A DNA stretch of 64,000 nucleotides from assembly GCF_035084215.1 (NCBI RefSeq), contig NC_090332.1, forward strand, positions 9,052,001 to 9,116,000, read 5' to 3'. Below, in pieces: positions 25,447 through 36,639 of this stretch. The stretch's first letter is position 1; every line of letters starts with the position of its first letter. Both the position numbers and the translations under genes were made by a program. The notes below the pieces were generated by a model that saw nothing but the letters and a program-made list of their open reading frames with translations, did not search any database and was not told where the DNA came from. This DNA comes from Heptranchias perlo (lineage: Eukaryota).

Positions 25447-26730
25447 TAGCACCTTTAACGTGGTAAAACGTCCCTAGGCGCTTCACGCGAGCATTATCAA
25501 ACAAAATTTGATACCAAGCCAAATAAGGAGATATTAGGGTAGGTGACCAAAAGCTTGGTCAAACAGGTAAGTTTTAAGGAGCATCTTAAAGGAGGAGAGT
25601 GAAGTAGCGAGGTTTAGGGAGGGAATTCCAGGCCTCAGGTCCTAAGCAACTGAATACAATATTAGCACAGTGAAAGGAAGATCACAACTAGGCTCCCCTG
25701 ATCATGCAATTGCCCATTATGGAACTGAGTCATACAGACCAGGACACTCCCAGAGTTAATCCCCAGCCTGTGATGAGTTAACTGATTATCAGTTAGGGCT
25801 GCAGTCAAAACCGGCTCTCTTGGAACTGCACCAGTACGAGTGGTAAGATAACCTTGGGATAAACTCTACATAAAATGGATGTTCCAGGGATGTTACAGAA
25901 ATAGGGAGGGGCGAGGACGTAGAGAGATTTGAACACGCGGATGAGAATTTTAAATTTGAGGCATTACTGGACCGGGAGCCAACTTAGGTCAACGAGCACA
26001 AAGGTGATGGATGAACAGGACTTGGGGCGCGTTAGAATACAGGCAGCAGAGTTTTGGATGAGCTGAAGTTTATGGAGGGTAGAGGCTGGGAGGCTGGCTA
26101 GATGCGAGTTCAGAGCTAGAGTAAGGGGGAAGCTTTGGGGGAGATTTGGCTTGGTGGGCAAGAGAAACTGAAGATGTGGCAGAGGCAGCTGGATGGGTGG
26201 TCTCAATCTCAGTGACAAAGAAGTCCATGAGCTCCTCGCACTTGTAGGTGAGGGTGGAGCGGGCAAAGGAGAGGTATTTTAGGAGATGATTAATAGTGGT
26301 GAAAAGAAGCCAGGAGTTAGCTTTGCTCTCCAGTTGATCCTGGAGTAGTGGATGATTTTGGCAAAGGGGAATGAGGCCTGATAGTGCTTGCTGTGGTCCA
26401 CATATCTGGTGATGAATGATTAAATCAATTGTATGCTAGAACCAGAATTTGAATGTACCATTGTCAGTGACTTACGAGGAGAGGTTTTTTCCCAGGGGTA
26501 GATGCAGGAGGAAGTGAGATTGTAAGGTATAGGGGGATGTGGGTGGTAAGGGATACAAGGAAGTGATTGGAGATGGCTTTATCAGTGATTGAGACTGTGG
26601 TAGTAAGGCCACATGAGATGGTAGTTGAGAGGGGTGACTAAATATGGGCAGGAGAGTTTGTATGGAGAGAGGTTAAGTGAGGGCAGTAAGGCAGCAAAAT
26701 CAGAGAGAAGGTAAGGTAAGGTGAAAAAGA
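25447..26730 (-). mobile_element. L2 LINE fragments
   Basis: TLHKLQLIQNSAACILTRPK..ITFVLVDLSWLPV (L2 ORF2 C-terminus) plus L2 tail. Confidence 0.75.
25653..25881 (+). repeat. Direct duplicate of 15100-15330
   Basis: Colinear match of about 230 bp from AATACAATATT to AAAATGGATG. Confidence 0.9.
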
Positions 26731-26822
26731 AAAGACTTGCATTTATATAGCGCCTTTCAGCACCTCCGGATGTCCCAAAGCGCCTTACAACCAACCAATG
26801 AAGTACTTTTGAAGTGTAGTTA

Positions 26823-28030
26823 TACGAACATATGAATTAAGAGTAGGAGTAGGCCATTCAGCCCCTCGAGCCTGCTTTGCCATTTGATAAGATCATGGCT
26901 GATCTGATTTGTGAGCTCAACCCTACTTTCCTTTCTACCTACTATAACCTTTGACTCCCTTGATAATCAAGAATCTATCTAACTCAGTCTTAAAGATATT
27001 CAATGACCCTGCCACCACTGGTCTCTGGGAAAGGGAGTTCTGCAGACTCATGACCCTCTGAGAGAAAAAATTTCTCATCTCCGTCTTAAATGGGAGACCC
27101 CTTATTTTTAAACTGTGGCCCCTAGTTCTAGTTTTGTTTTATTCGTTCATGGAATGTGGGCATCGCTGGCAAGGCCTACATTTATTGCCCATCTCTAATT
27201 GCCCTTGAGAAGGTGGTGGTGAGCCACCTTCTTGAACTGCTGCAGTCTGTGTGGTGAAGGTTCTCCCACAGTGCTGTTAGGTAGGGAGTTCCAGGATTTT
27301 GACCCAGCGACGATGAAGGAGCGGTGATATATTTCCAAGTCGGGATGGTGTGTGACTTGGAGGGGAATGTACATGTGGTGTTGTTCCCATGTGCCTGCTG
27401 CCCTTGCCCTTGTCCTTGTAGGTGGTAGAGGTCGTGGGTTTGGGAGGTGCTGTCAAAGAAGCCTTGGTGAATTGCTGCAGTGCATCCTGCAGCTGGTACA
27501 CATTGCAGCCACGGTGCGCCAGTGGTGAAAGGAGTGAATGTTTAGGGTGGTGGATGGGGTACCAATCAAGCGGGCAGCTTTGTCCTGGATGGTGTTGAGC
27601 TTCTTGAGTGTTGTTGGAGCTGCACTCATCCAGGCAAGTGGAGAGTATTCCATCACACTCCTGACTTGTGCCTTGTAGATGGTGTAAAGGCTTTGGGGAG
27701 TCAGGTGAGTCACTCTCCGCAGAATACCCATCCTCTGACCTGCTCTTGTAGCCACAGTATTTATGTGGCTGGTCCAGTTAAGTTTCTGGTCAATGGTGAC
27801 CCCCAGGATGTTGGTGATGGGGGATTCGGCGATGGTAATGCTAAAGGGGAAACATCCTCTCAGCATCTACCCCGTCTAGTTTCCTCAGGATCTTATATGT
27901 TTCAATAAGATCACCTCTCATTCTTCTAAACTCCAGTGTATACAGGCCTGACATGTCCAACCTTTCCTCATGAGATAACCCCCTCATCCCAGGAATAAGT
28001 CGAGTGAACCTTCTCTGAACCGCCTCCAAA
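26823..28030 (-). mobile_element. CR1 LINE 3' fragment, interrupted by the poly(A)-tailed LINE at about 27132-27841
   Basis: LEAVQRRFTRLIPGMRGLSHEERL..RGDLIETYKIL. CR1 sequence is continuous across the inserted LINE. Confidence 0.85.
27132..27841 (-). mobile_element. Poly(A)-tailed LINE family 3' fragment
   Basis: NILGVTIDQKLNWTSHI..YKAQVRSVMEYSPLAW, same family as 3885-5384. Confidence 0.9.
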
Positions 28031-28229
28031 GTCACTGTTGTGATGGAAGTAACCCTCCTAATATTTCCTTCTTTGGCTCTGTGTCCATTTTTTTTTCATT
28101 GATTGCACTATGTGAAGTTCTTTGCTGCGTTTTTGTAAGTTAAAAGCGCTAAAAATGCAAGTAGTCGTTCATGTCCTGGTTAACACATTAACTGCACCAC
28201 TTCTGAGAATGTGCAGAATTCAACTTCCA

Positions 28230-28520
28230 CCGCGCCCCACGACAGGGCGCATGCGCAGTGCCTTCCGTTCTGACGTGACGCTCCCGGTACTTTCAGGCAA
28301 TCGCGGCAGCGCCCGGTCCCGGTCCCGGTCCCCTTTTTTTGTCGAAGACGGGACTCTGAGCACCGAACGAGGGAAAAGTTTAGATTTCCGGTGAGCAGGA
28401 AAAGCCGCCATGTCGAGCGAGAGTGACGCGGAGAAGACGAAGGTGAATACGTCATAACGGCTGGCTGGAGCGCGTGTTGAGCGGCGGGGACAGGTGAAAG
28501 GTCACGGGCGCGCGCACTGG
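28230..28520 (+). promoter_or_regulatory. COX20 CpG-island promoter with NRF1, ETS/GABP, CRE-like and YY1-like motifs
   Basis: GCGCATGCGC at 28247-28256, CTTCCG at about 28262, TGACGTGA at 28271-28278, TTCCGG at about 28386, GCCGCCAT at the ATG. Confidence 0.75.
28410..28442 (+). CDS. COX20: COX20 exon 1
   Basis: GCCGCCATG Kozak context inside a CpG island, MSSESDAEKTK|gtgaat, phase 0. Confidence 0.88.
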
Positions 28521-30127
28521 GCACCATTAATGTCAAATAAATGGAACAGAACAAAAACAGAAAACGCTGAGCAAGTGAAGCAGGATCCGTGTCTACAGAT
28601 GCTGCCTCACTTGCAGAGCTTTTCCAGCATTTTCTGTTTTTATTTCAGATTTCCAGCATCTGCAGTATTTTGTTTTTGAATTAATGTCAAGTCAAGGTCA
28701 CAAGCTCCTTGTGGTGAAATGAATCTGCCTTATTCTACTTCAGTGTTGCATAAATCTCACCACAGCTCTGATGATGGCACCTCTTTTGGTGCCTACCAGT
28801 CACTTTTTGAAAAATAAACACGGCTCCATTTTGTTCAAATATTTGCTAAGACCTGTGTCAGTGTTTGTGACCATAAATCTCCTAACTGTGGTGACTACCT
28901 GTTTGGTTTTCAACTAGGTTTCAGAGTTGGCCAGCAATTTTGTGGAATCAAATCCGGACAGCATAATTTTTAAAAAAAACGATGCTGCAATTTTTCCTGG
29001 TGGTTGAGTCCTACAGATGAGCAAGGGCCTAGGTTTGATCCCTGGTCGGTACTGTTCACTAATCTCCGCCACGGCAGCTACAGGGATGCAACAATTGCTC
29101 TTGGCGTCACTGGTTAGGAAAGGGAGAATCGACTAAGGCTCCCACACCTGATCACTATCCAGCACCTCGTGCTGTATGTGTGCGATCAGGCGTGGCTCTG
29201 ATGTCACCCACCCCATAGTCAAATAACCTGCTGACACTCACAATTAAAGAATGGGCTGTGGAACTGCACCCTATAGGGATCAGTACAAGACTGAAGGAAC
29301 GCTGCATTGTCAAGAGTGCCGTCCTTCAGTTATGGCGTTAAATTGAGATCACCTCTGCTTATTCTGACATTTCAGTTAGACGTTAAATATTCCATGGTAC
29401 AATTTGAAAAAGGGCAGAGTTCTCCTTGTTTTGTAGCCAACGTCCCTCCCATTCACCAACTGCAAACAGATTGACTGATTATTCATTCATAGCTGTTGAT
29501 GAAACAGGTGCTGTGTTTTCTTACATACACTACACTTCATGGCGTGAGCTGTATAGTCTCATTGGGCTATCAGTTTTTTAAAAAAATTGTGTGCAAGCCT
29601 AATATTTCCAATCTGTATTGTTATTAGAAAGAAATCATATTTTATCTAATTTGTCAATAAAACTCTTCTTTTTATGCTTTTAGTCATTCAAGCTCCTGGG
29701 AATCTTGGATGTACAGAACATTCCCTGTGCTCGAGACTCTGTACTGTATGGATCAGCTGGCGCTGTTATAGCTGGGCTTGGCCATTTCCTGGCAACAAGT
29801 AAGCATCCTCCTCAATATTTCAGTAAAGTTTTTCAGAGCTCCATTCTGTAACATTTATTATAGAGTCAATAAGAACAGAAAAGGTTTGCAGGTGGCAGTG
29901 CTGTAATACTTGAAGTGTGTGTGTTTGAATAATGTTAGGATTTATTTTTTTTGGAAGTGATCAGTCTTCATTCTGGTCAAGGGATGTTAGTCCTGGGGAA
30001 AATGGACACCCTCCATTTTCTTATTTCTTGCACCCAGTGTCAGGCATACCACAATCATATGCAGGGTGAAGCTCCCTCTACTCTGCCCTAATGATTCACT
30101 TTAACCTCAATCTTAGAAGAGCACCTC

Positions 30128-30158
<31 letters not shown>

Positions 30159-32491
30159 TTATCAACAACAACTTGCATTTATATTGCACCGATAACGTAG
30201 TAAAACTCCCCAGAGCACTTCACAGGAGCGATTATCAAACAAAATTTGACACTGAGCCACATAAGGGGATATGAGGACAGGTGACCAAACGCTCGGTCAA
30301 AGAAGTAGGTTTTTAAGGAGCGTCTTAAAGGAGGAGAGAGGTGGAGAAGTTTTGGGGGGGGATTGGGGCTCTCTCGAGAAGATGTTTCCACTTGTGGGGG
30401 ACACCAGAACTGGGGCCATAAATATAAGATAGTCACTAATAAATCCAATAGGGAATTCAGGAGAAACTTCTTCACCCAGAGAGTGGTAAGAATGTGGAAC
30501 TTGCTACCATAAGGAGTTGTTGAGGCGACTAGCAAGGATGCATTTAAGGAGAAGCTAGATAAACACATGAGGGAGAAGGGAATAGAAGGATATGTTGCTA
30601 GGGTAAGATGAAGAATGGTGGGAAGAGGCTCACGTGGAGCATAAACACCAGCATGGACCTGTTGGGCCGAATGGCCTGTTTCTGTGCTGTACATTCTTTG
30701 TCTCAATCACAAACAAGGCCATCTCTGACCAACTCCTTGTATCCCTCAACACTCACATCCTCTTTCCAATCCCACTTCCCCATGGGAAATACTCTTCCCC
30801 AAGTCACTTACAATGGCACTTTCAAACTCCCAACTGTCCTCCATTCGCCACAATATTTCTGCACCTGTCGATCTGCTGAGTCACACCCTCACCTTTGATG
30901 TCGTTGTTCCCAGTAAGGCCCTTACTCTCTTCCACCTTGGTCGTTCACCCTGGTGCGGCCCCCATCTTCGCACGCTTAAGTCTAAGGGGCACAGACTTGA
31001 ATGTATCTGCCACACAACCCGTTTAGCCATTCATCGCCACACCTGGCTGGACCACATCAAGCACTGCTGGGCCCTGCTCTCCTCTGGTATCTTACCTAAT
31101 GCCCATTTTCCATGTATGAGCCTGGATGGTGAGTGTAAGTTGGCTATTCATCAGTAGGAGGGGGCATAGCTAAGCCTGACTCTGTCTTCATCTGGTTGTC
31201 CACTTTCCAACAATAAGTGACTGGTAATCAAGAGACCAATTGTAATCGCTCCGTCACTACCCTGGTTGAGACCAGTTAACTCAGCGTAGACTGGAAATGG
31301 AAGCTGCGACCTCTGGTCTATATGGCTCATTTATACACTGCCTTTACCAAAGGAGCCTCCAGGAAGCCTCCTGACCAATGCTTTATTTACAATACTGGTA
31401 AACATTTTTGAATTTTGCATTGAGTTTTTAAAAAAATTCTGCCTTCTCTTTTCCGGCAGGCAGAGTAAAGCGATCTTTTGACTTTGGTGTAGGGAGCTTC
31501 CTACTTACAACTCTGGGAACATGGTAAGTCATTTGTCTGTTCATCCTGAGAATGTACTTAGAGCATTTTTGTTTTAAGGTTGCAAGGTTCTCCTATGTTT
31601 TATGTTCTTTCTTGATTTTTATTTTTTGTGAACATTTGGACTATTTTTCTGTTTTGATTTTTAATAGATTTTTGAACTTTAGGGGAATCAAGGGATATGG
31701 GGATCGGGCGGGAAAGTGGAGTTGAGGTCGAAGATCAGGCACGATCTTATTGAATAGCAGGCTCGAGGGGCCGCATGGCCTACTCCTGCTCCTATTTCTT
31801 ATGTTTCTTGCCTTTATGTGGCTGGGTTAGGGAGGAGAAAATCAGTCAGGGATTGTTATCTAATAACCCTTCCTGGAAGTGCACATGTGGGGCTGTTGGG
31901 ATTGTGCTCATCTGTAATGCTTCCTGCAGTCAAATAGCCTGCCACAACTCCCCGTAAGGCTTCACACATGAATAATGGTCACTTGGCCGGTGACTACAAA
32001 ACTGTGCATTGCATTATTAGGCAGCATCTTCAGGGAAGGGAGACAATTATTGGGGGGGATAAAATGGCTTGGTAAAAGTTGCACTTGTATTGTGTGAGCT
32101 GTCTTCGTGAGGTGGCCTTGTAGCATTTGCCGAAATTCAAATTGCCCTCAGATTGGTGACTTCAAACCACAATTATGCTGGGCTTTGTGCAGACACTGTT
32201 GTATTGGTACAAGGGACTGCAAGTACAACTGGCCTTTTCAGCCTGCTGCGGCAGTATCTCAATGCACCTGAAATTCTGTGTGTTTGCTGGAAGTGATTTG
32301 AGGCAGAAAAACATTTCAAACCTGCGTAAATCTTTTTCAGGATGTTCTGCAGGTACCAGAACGCAAAACTGAGAATCCAACACCGAATGGTGCAGGAAGG
32401 TGTTAAAAACAAGGTCATGTTCGAAGGGACCAAAATGGATCCAACCAGAAAACCGGATAGAAGCAACGAAGACAACCAAGGAGACAACTGA
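28410..32491 (+). CDS. COX20: Cytochrome c oxidase assembly factor COX20, complete 4-exon CDS, 120 aa
   Basis: Exons 28410-28442, 29684-29798, 31460-31523, 32341-32491 (363 nt). Protein MSSESDAEKTKSFKLLGILDVQNIPCARDSVLYG...GHFLATSRVKRSFDFGVGSFLLTTLGTWMFCRYQNAKLRIQ... with two TM segments and PCAR/WxxCRY motifs. Confidence 0.96.
29684..29798 (+). CDS. COX20: COX20 exon 2
   Basis: ttttag|SFKLLGILDVQNIPCARDSVLYGSAGAVIAGLGHFLAT|gtaagc, 115 nt. Confidence 0.96.
30133..30162. repeat. (ATT)n microsatellite at an L2 tail
   Basis: Visible tandem trinucleotide repeat. Confidence 0.9.
30163..31090. mobile_element. Cluster of L2 tail (minus), CR1 3' end (plus, about 30375-30700) and L2 body (plus) in COX20 intron 2
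   Basis: Similar to the other L2 and CR1 copies in the window. Confidence 0.7.
31460..31523 (+). CDS. COX20: COX20 exon 3
   Basis: RVKRSFDFGVGSFLLTTLGT|gtaagt, 64 nt. Confidence 0.95.
32341..32491 (+). CDS. COX20: COX20 exon 4 (coding part)
   Basis: tttcag|WMFCRYQNAKLRIQHRMVQEGVKNKVMFEGTKMDP...GDN-TGA. Confidence 0.95.
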
Positions 32492-32752
32492 TAGACCATT
32501 GGCCCTGAGAGCAATGTGGTTTGTGGCCAGAAAAATGAATTCTTGCAAGTTCAAAGAATTTCATTTAAGACCGTGGGTTGTAGCACCAGCCCTGTGGATT
32601 GTGAGAGCCTAGTCTTTTTCTGTACGTGGATGTCCGGTGTACAAGAGACGTGGTCCAATGTGAGGGGTACTGCTGAGAGAGTGTGTAGTTGTATGCTTTA
32701 ATCACGAGGAGGTCTATTTGCTATTATCTTGACAAGATAATGAACAGCCTCC

Positions 32753-32929
32753 AGGGGTAATTTTCTGACTTCGTGCTCCCAGTGGGAAGTGCACATTGGC
32801 AATTTGGGCGTGTGATTTTTTTGACTATTCATTTCAATGGTTGGAACATCATACACAGCGTGGGATCGAATTTCTGAAACTGGTGGGCAAGGAGCTCTGC
32901 TGAGTGTGTGAAGCCTGAAAATTACCCCT
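32753..32929. mobile_element. MITE with terminal inverted repeats in the putative COX20 3'UTR
   Basis: AGGGGTAATTTTCTGACTTC ... GAAGCCTGAAAATTACCCCT, 18 of 20 positions inverted match. Confidence 0.75.
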
Positions 32930-33092
32930 TACATGTGAAAAATTCAAATCCGAAATTGATGATGCAGAATCTTATCCAAGGTCTGAGAAATATGATTACT
33001 TTAAATTAAAGGCCTCTAAGATTAGGTTGTTGTATTTAAAGTTTATACAATCACAAGCCTCATGTGGTGAGTTTCTTATGTCTCAAGTCATA

Positions 33093-33098
33093 AATAAA
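33093..33098 (+). terminator. Candidate COX20 polyadenylation signal AATAAA (ATTAAA also at 33005-33010)
   Basis: First AATAAA I noted downstream of the COX20 stop. Confidence 0.45.
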
Positions 33099-34984
33099 TA
33101 CAGGGTTCTCCCAGACCGTGCTCCATTCCTGTTCTGCACCAGCCAGGGTATCCTCAACTCTACTACTTCTGCGGCTTTGATTGTCCTCTCACCTTCTGCA
33201 ACTGCATCCCCACTCCCCCAAAATCACTTTCCTCACAGCTCAGTGTGTTTAAAACTGTCCTTGAGGCTTGCACGTATTTTGATCACCAAAACATTTTGCT
33301 TGTTCTATTAGATTCATGGCACTGAATGTAGGCTGGCAAATCTGGGTGGAACCAAACTTTGCACATATGGCAACTGCAAGGACTTTTAAGAGTTGGGTAC
33401 TTGTTTTTCTTTTTCTACCGGCTCTCCTGAGGGTTCTTCAGTCTTTCTGCTCTTGTGTTTCTGCTTTAAAACCTCACTGGCTTGCAAGTGAACCCGTTCA
33501 AGTTGAAGTTTCCCTCTGTTCAGACGGTCACGTTTGCTGATTCCAGTTGTCGTTGGGCTGCAGTGAAAATGGGTTAAGGACGAACAGTGACAATTCACCC
33601 GAGGTGAGAGAAATCCTCAAAGTGTGATCCTCTGCAGGCTGTGTAGGTAGTTGGCAGAAAATTACAAGCGAGGATCCTTCATTGCCAACACCTGCTCAGC
33701 CAACCTTGGGAAGTGTAGCAACTCTCTTGATGCTACAACTCCCTGAAAGAAGTGCTTACTTTTGAAAGCTCGTACACCAAACCTCGGTTAGGATAGATTT
33801 TTCTACCTTCCCATGAGGTCCCCATTGAGCTCATTTGAGGCGTTCGAAAATGTCTGATAAGGAAGGAAGGATAGGCATCTTTCTCAATAATCAGCAAACC
33901 GGGGAGGCTTTTGAGGAATTCCAAGGCTTCCTCATTCTTCACAACCCACACCCTTCACTTAGCCGTCCGACATCCCAGTGCATCAAAAGGTCGTCATGCT
34001 CAACAGAAATTTCGGTTAATTGCCAGTGCTGCAGTGGGGAATTAAAGAAAGAACTTGCATTTATATGGCACCTTTCATGGCCTCAGAATGTCCCAAAGTA
34101 CTTTATGGTTTATGAAGTACTTTTGAAGTGTAGTCACTGTTGTAATGTAGGAAATTAAGTTGGTAAACTGCACGAGTGCGCGCTTGATGTCCGCAACTTT
34201 GCTTTTGAGCTTTCCACAAAGCACAGACTGATGAATAATGCCCTTACAGAGATAGATTTTGTTCATTCACTTTGGCTACCATCCTATTCTCATATCCCAC
34301 AGTTGCAGGAGCTCTGCCTGTGGTTATGGACACCTTCGCACTGAGCTCTTGCTTCTAGAGCAATGGTTATACCTCCTCGAAAAGCTAATTTCTTCCTGTG
34401 TGATTCTTCAACGGCAATATTGTTAATAGGTCTTCAACAAATGCTTCATCATTGTACAAATGGGCAACCATGCAATGTCAATTATGTCACCTGATTTGTC
34501 CACTGCAATGACAGCAATGTGCACCTTTCAGATCCAAGTACTACCTGTCAAAAACCAGCAAACAAAACTTCTACATGGTGTGCACTGATTGAATTAAATA
34601 ATGGGACTACTTCAATGCCTTTCACCAATCCCTCATTAAATCTTACTCTTGTTACTTCCAGAATGCATTCCTTCACAATCTCAGCATGACTAAAAGGTTT
34701 ACAACAACTGCATTTACAGAAGTCCCAAGACATTTGATAAATAAGCACTTATTTCATTTTCCCAGGATCCCATGTACTTGCAATGATGCTTCCATTGTTT
34801 CCTAGTAGGAGATTCTGCAATTGTAGTGGGAGAAGCCACAATTCCATTTTCCCAAAGCCCAGTTCCTTATCATCATTACGTGTGGCAGCCACGACATTTA
34901 ATCACTACGGCATTCAGCCCTTTATCATTTAAGATCTTCCAAGAATTCTTTTTGACTTTAGAAAGTGCCAGGCGACAGAGATTT

Positions 34985-35725
34985 CAGGGTAGCACTTGTG
35001 GAAAGAACAGAGGTGTTCGGCAAAGCGGTCACCTTATCTGAGTTTGGTCTGCCCGGTATAGAGGAGATTGCACCGTGAGCAGCGAATACAGTATACTAGG
35101 TTGGAGGAAGTACAAGTGAATGGCTGTCTCACGCAGAAGAAGTGATTGGGACCTTGAACAGTGGAGTGGCAGGTGGTGAAGGTGCAGGTTCTGCATCTCC
35201 TGCGCTTGCACGGGAAGGTGCCAGGGGATGGAGAGCAGGTAGTGAGGATGATGGCAGAGTGAACCAGGGTGTCATGGAGGGATCAGTCCCTTTGGAATGC
35301 AGAGAGGGGAGGGCAAAATGTATTTGGTGCTGGAATCACTTTGGAGATGGTAAAATTGGCGGATCGTGATCTGTTGAAATGCGGAGGCTGGTGTGGCAGA
35401 AGATAAGAACATAAGGGACCCGAACATGGTTCTGAGAAGAGGGCAGCGTGAGTAAGGGTGGGTGCAGAAGCACGAGAAATGGAACGGACTCAATCAAGAG
35501 TCCAATCCACCATGGTGGGGGAGCTGAAGATAAAGAAGGACAGTACAGAAGCTCTGGTGTGGAAAGTGGCCTCATCAGAGCAGATACGATGGAGATGGAG
35601 AAATTGGGAGAATGGAGTGGAGTCCTTACAAGTTGCGGGGTGGGAAGAAATATATTCCAGGTAGGTGTGGGAGTCAGCAGGCTTGTAATAGATGTCGGTG
35701 GACAGCCTATCCCCAGAGGTAGAGA
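34985..35725 (-). mobile_element. Penelope-like retroelement fragment (RT C-terminus plus GIY-YIG endonuclease)
   Basis: FTCTSSNLVYCIRCSRCNLLYTGQTKLR*GDRFAEH. A related plus-strand fragment lies at about 36085-36345. Confidence 0.85.
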
Positions 35726-36639
35726 AGTGATTGCCAGAATCTGCAGTATTTTGCTTGTCCGGGTTTGATTGTGTAGTGTTTCCTACCGGAGTTGTATTCT
35801 ATGCTGGCAGATGTTTAATTCAAATAATGAAGCCTTCAGCTCCCCCAAGTGGATAGTGAATAAATGCACTGCCTTTGGTGGAAATTAGCCAGCCGAGATC
35901 ACAGACAGATGAGGAAGGTTAAAACAGAAACCAAAAATGCTGCAAATTCCAAGCGGGTCAGGTCAGCATCTGTGGAGGGAACAGATACGTTTACATATTT
36001 TGGGTGTGGAACTTCACAACTGAAAAACAAGAGTTGGACAGGTATATTAATATGATCAGAAATATTCAGCTCTGATGGCTCTACCGCTCCAGAGATTCTG
36101 AAATGTCCTCCTTTAGCCTCAGTTGTGGATTCCCCTCTGTTGTGGTTCACAGGGCCCTTGGCCAGGACTGTCCCTTTTCCCATGCTTGTGCCTCTCCCCT
36201 GTGTGACAGCCGTGACCAGAGTTTCCCGAGTCTTTACCTTCCACCCCACCAGCCTCCGCATTCTTCCATCATCTTCCATCAGTTCAGCCACCTACAACAT
36301 GACCCCAAAACCAAATGTATCTTCCCCTCCCCTCCTCACTCCAAAAATAAAATGCCAACTCCCAGGTAGTCCCATTAGAAATTGCTTGATGGCCAATCAG
36401 GATGGAAATACCAGGGCAGGAAATAGGTTGCTGTTTATTGTACCTGGTAACACTAATGGCAACAGGAACTCCAAGGAGCCCTTATGTGTGGAAAATTCAA
36501 CGTAGCCAAAAGTAAATGATAAAGATGGCTTATATCTATCCTTCCTACTTTCTATTTGCTAAAATAAATGAGCCATTCGTTAACATTTCTCTGCTCTACT
36601 CAACTTCTGTATCACTATAAATGAGGCATTAAGTAAGGA

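Noticed and set aside
34545-34690. AG/GT-bounded minus-strand segment as an upstream partner of the 33557 exon candidate
   Set aside because: All three frames contain stop codons.
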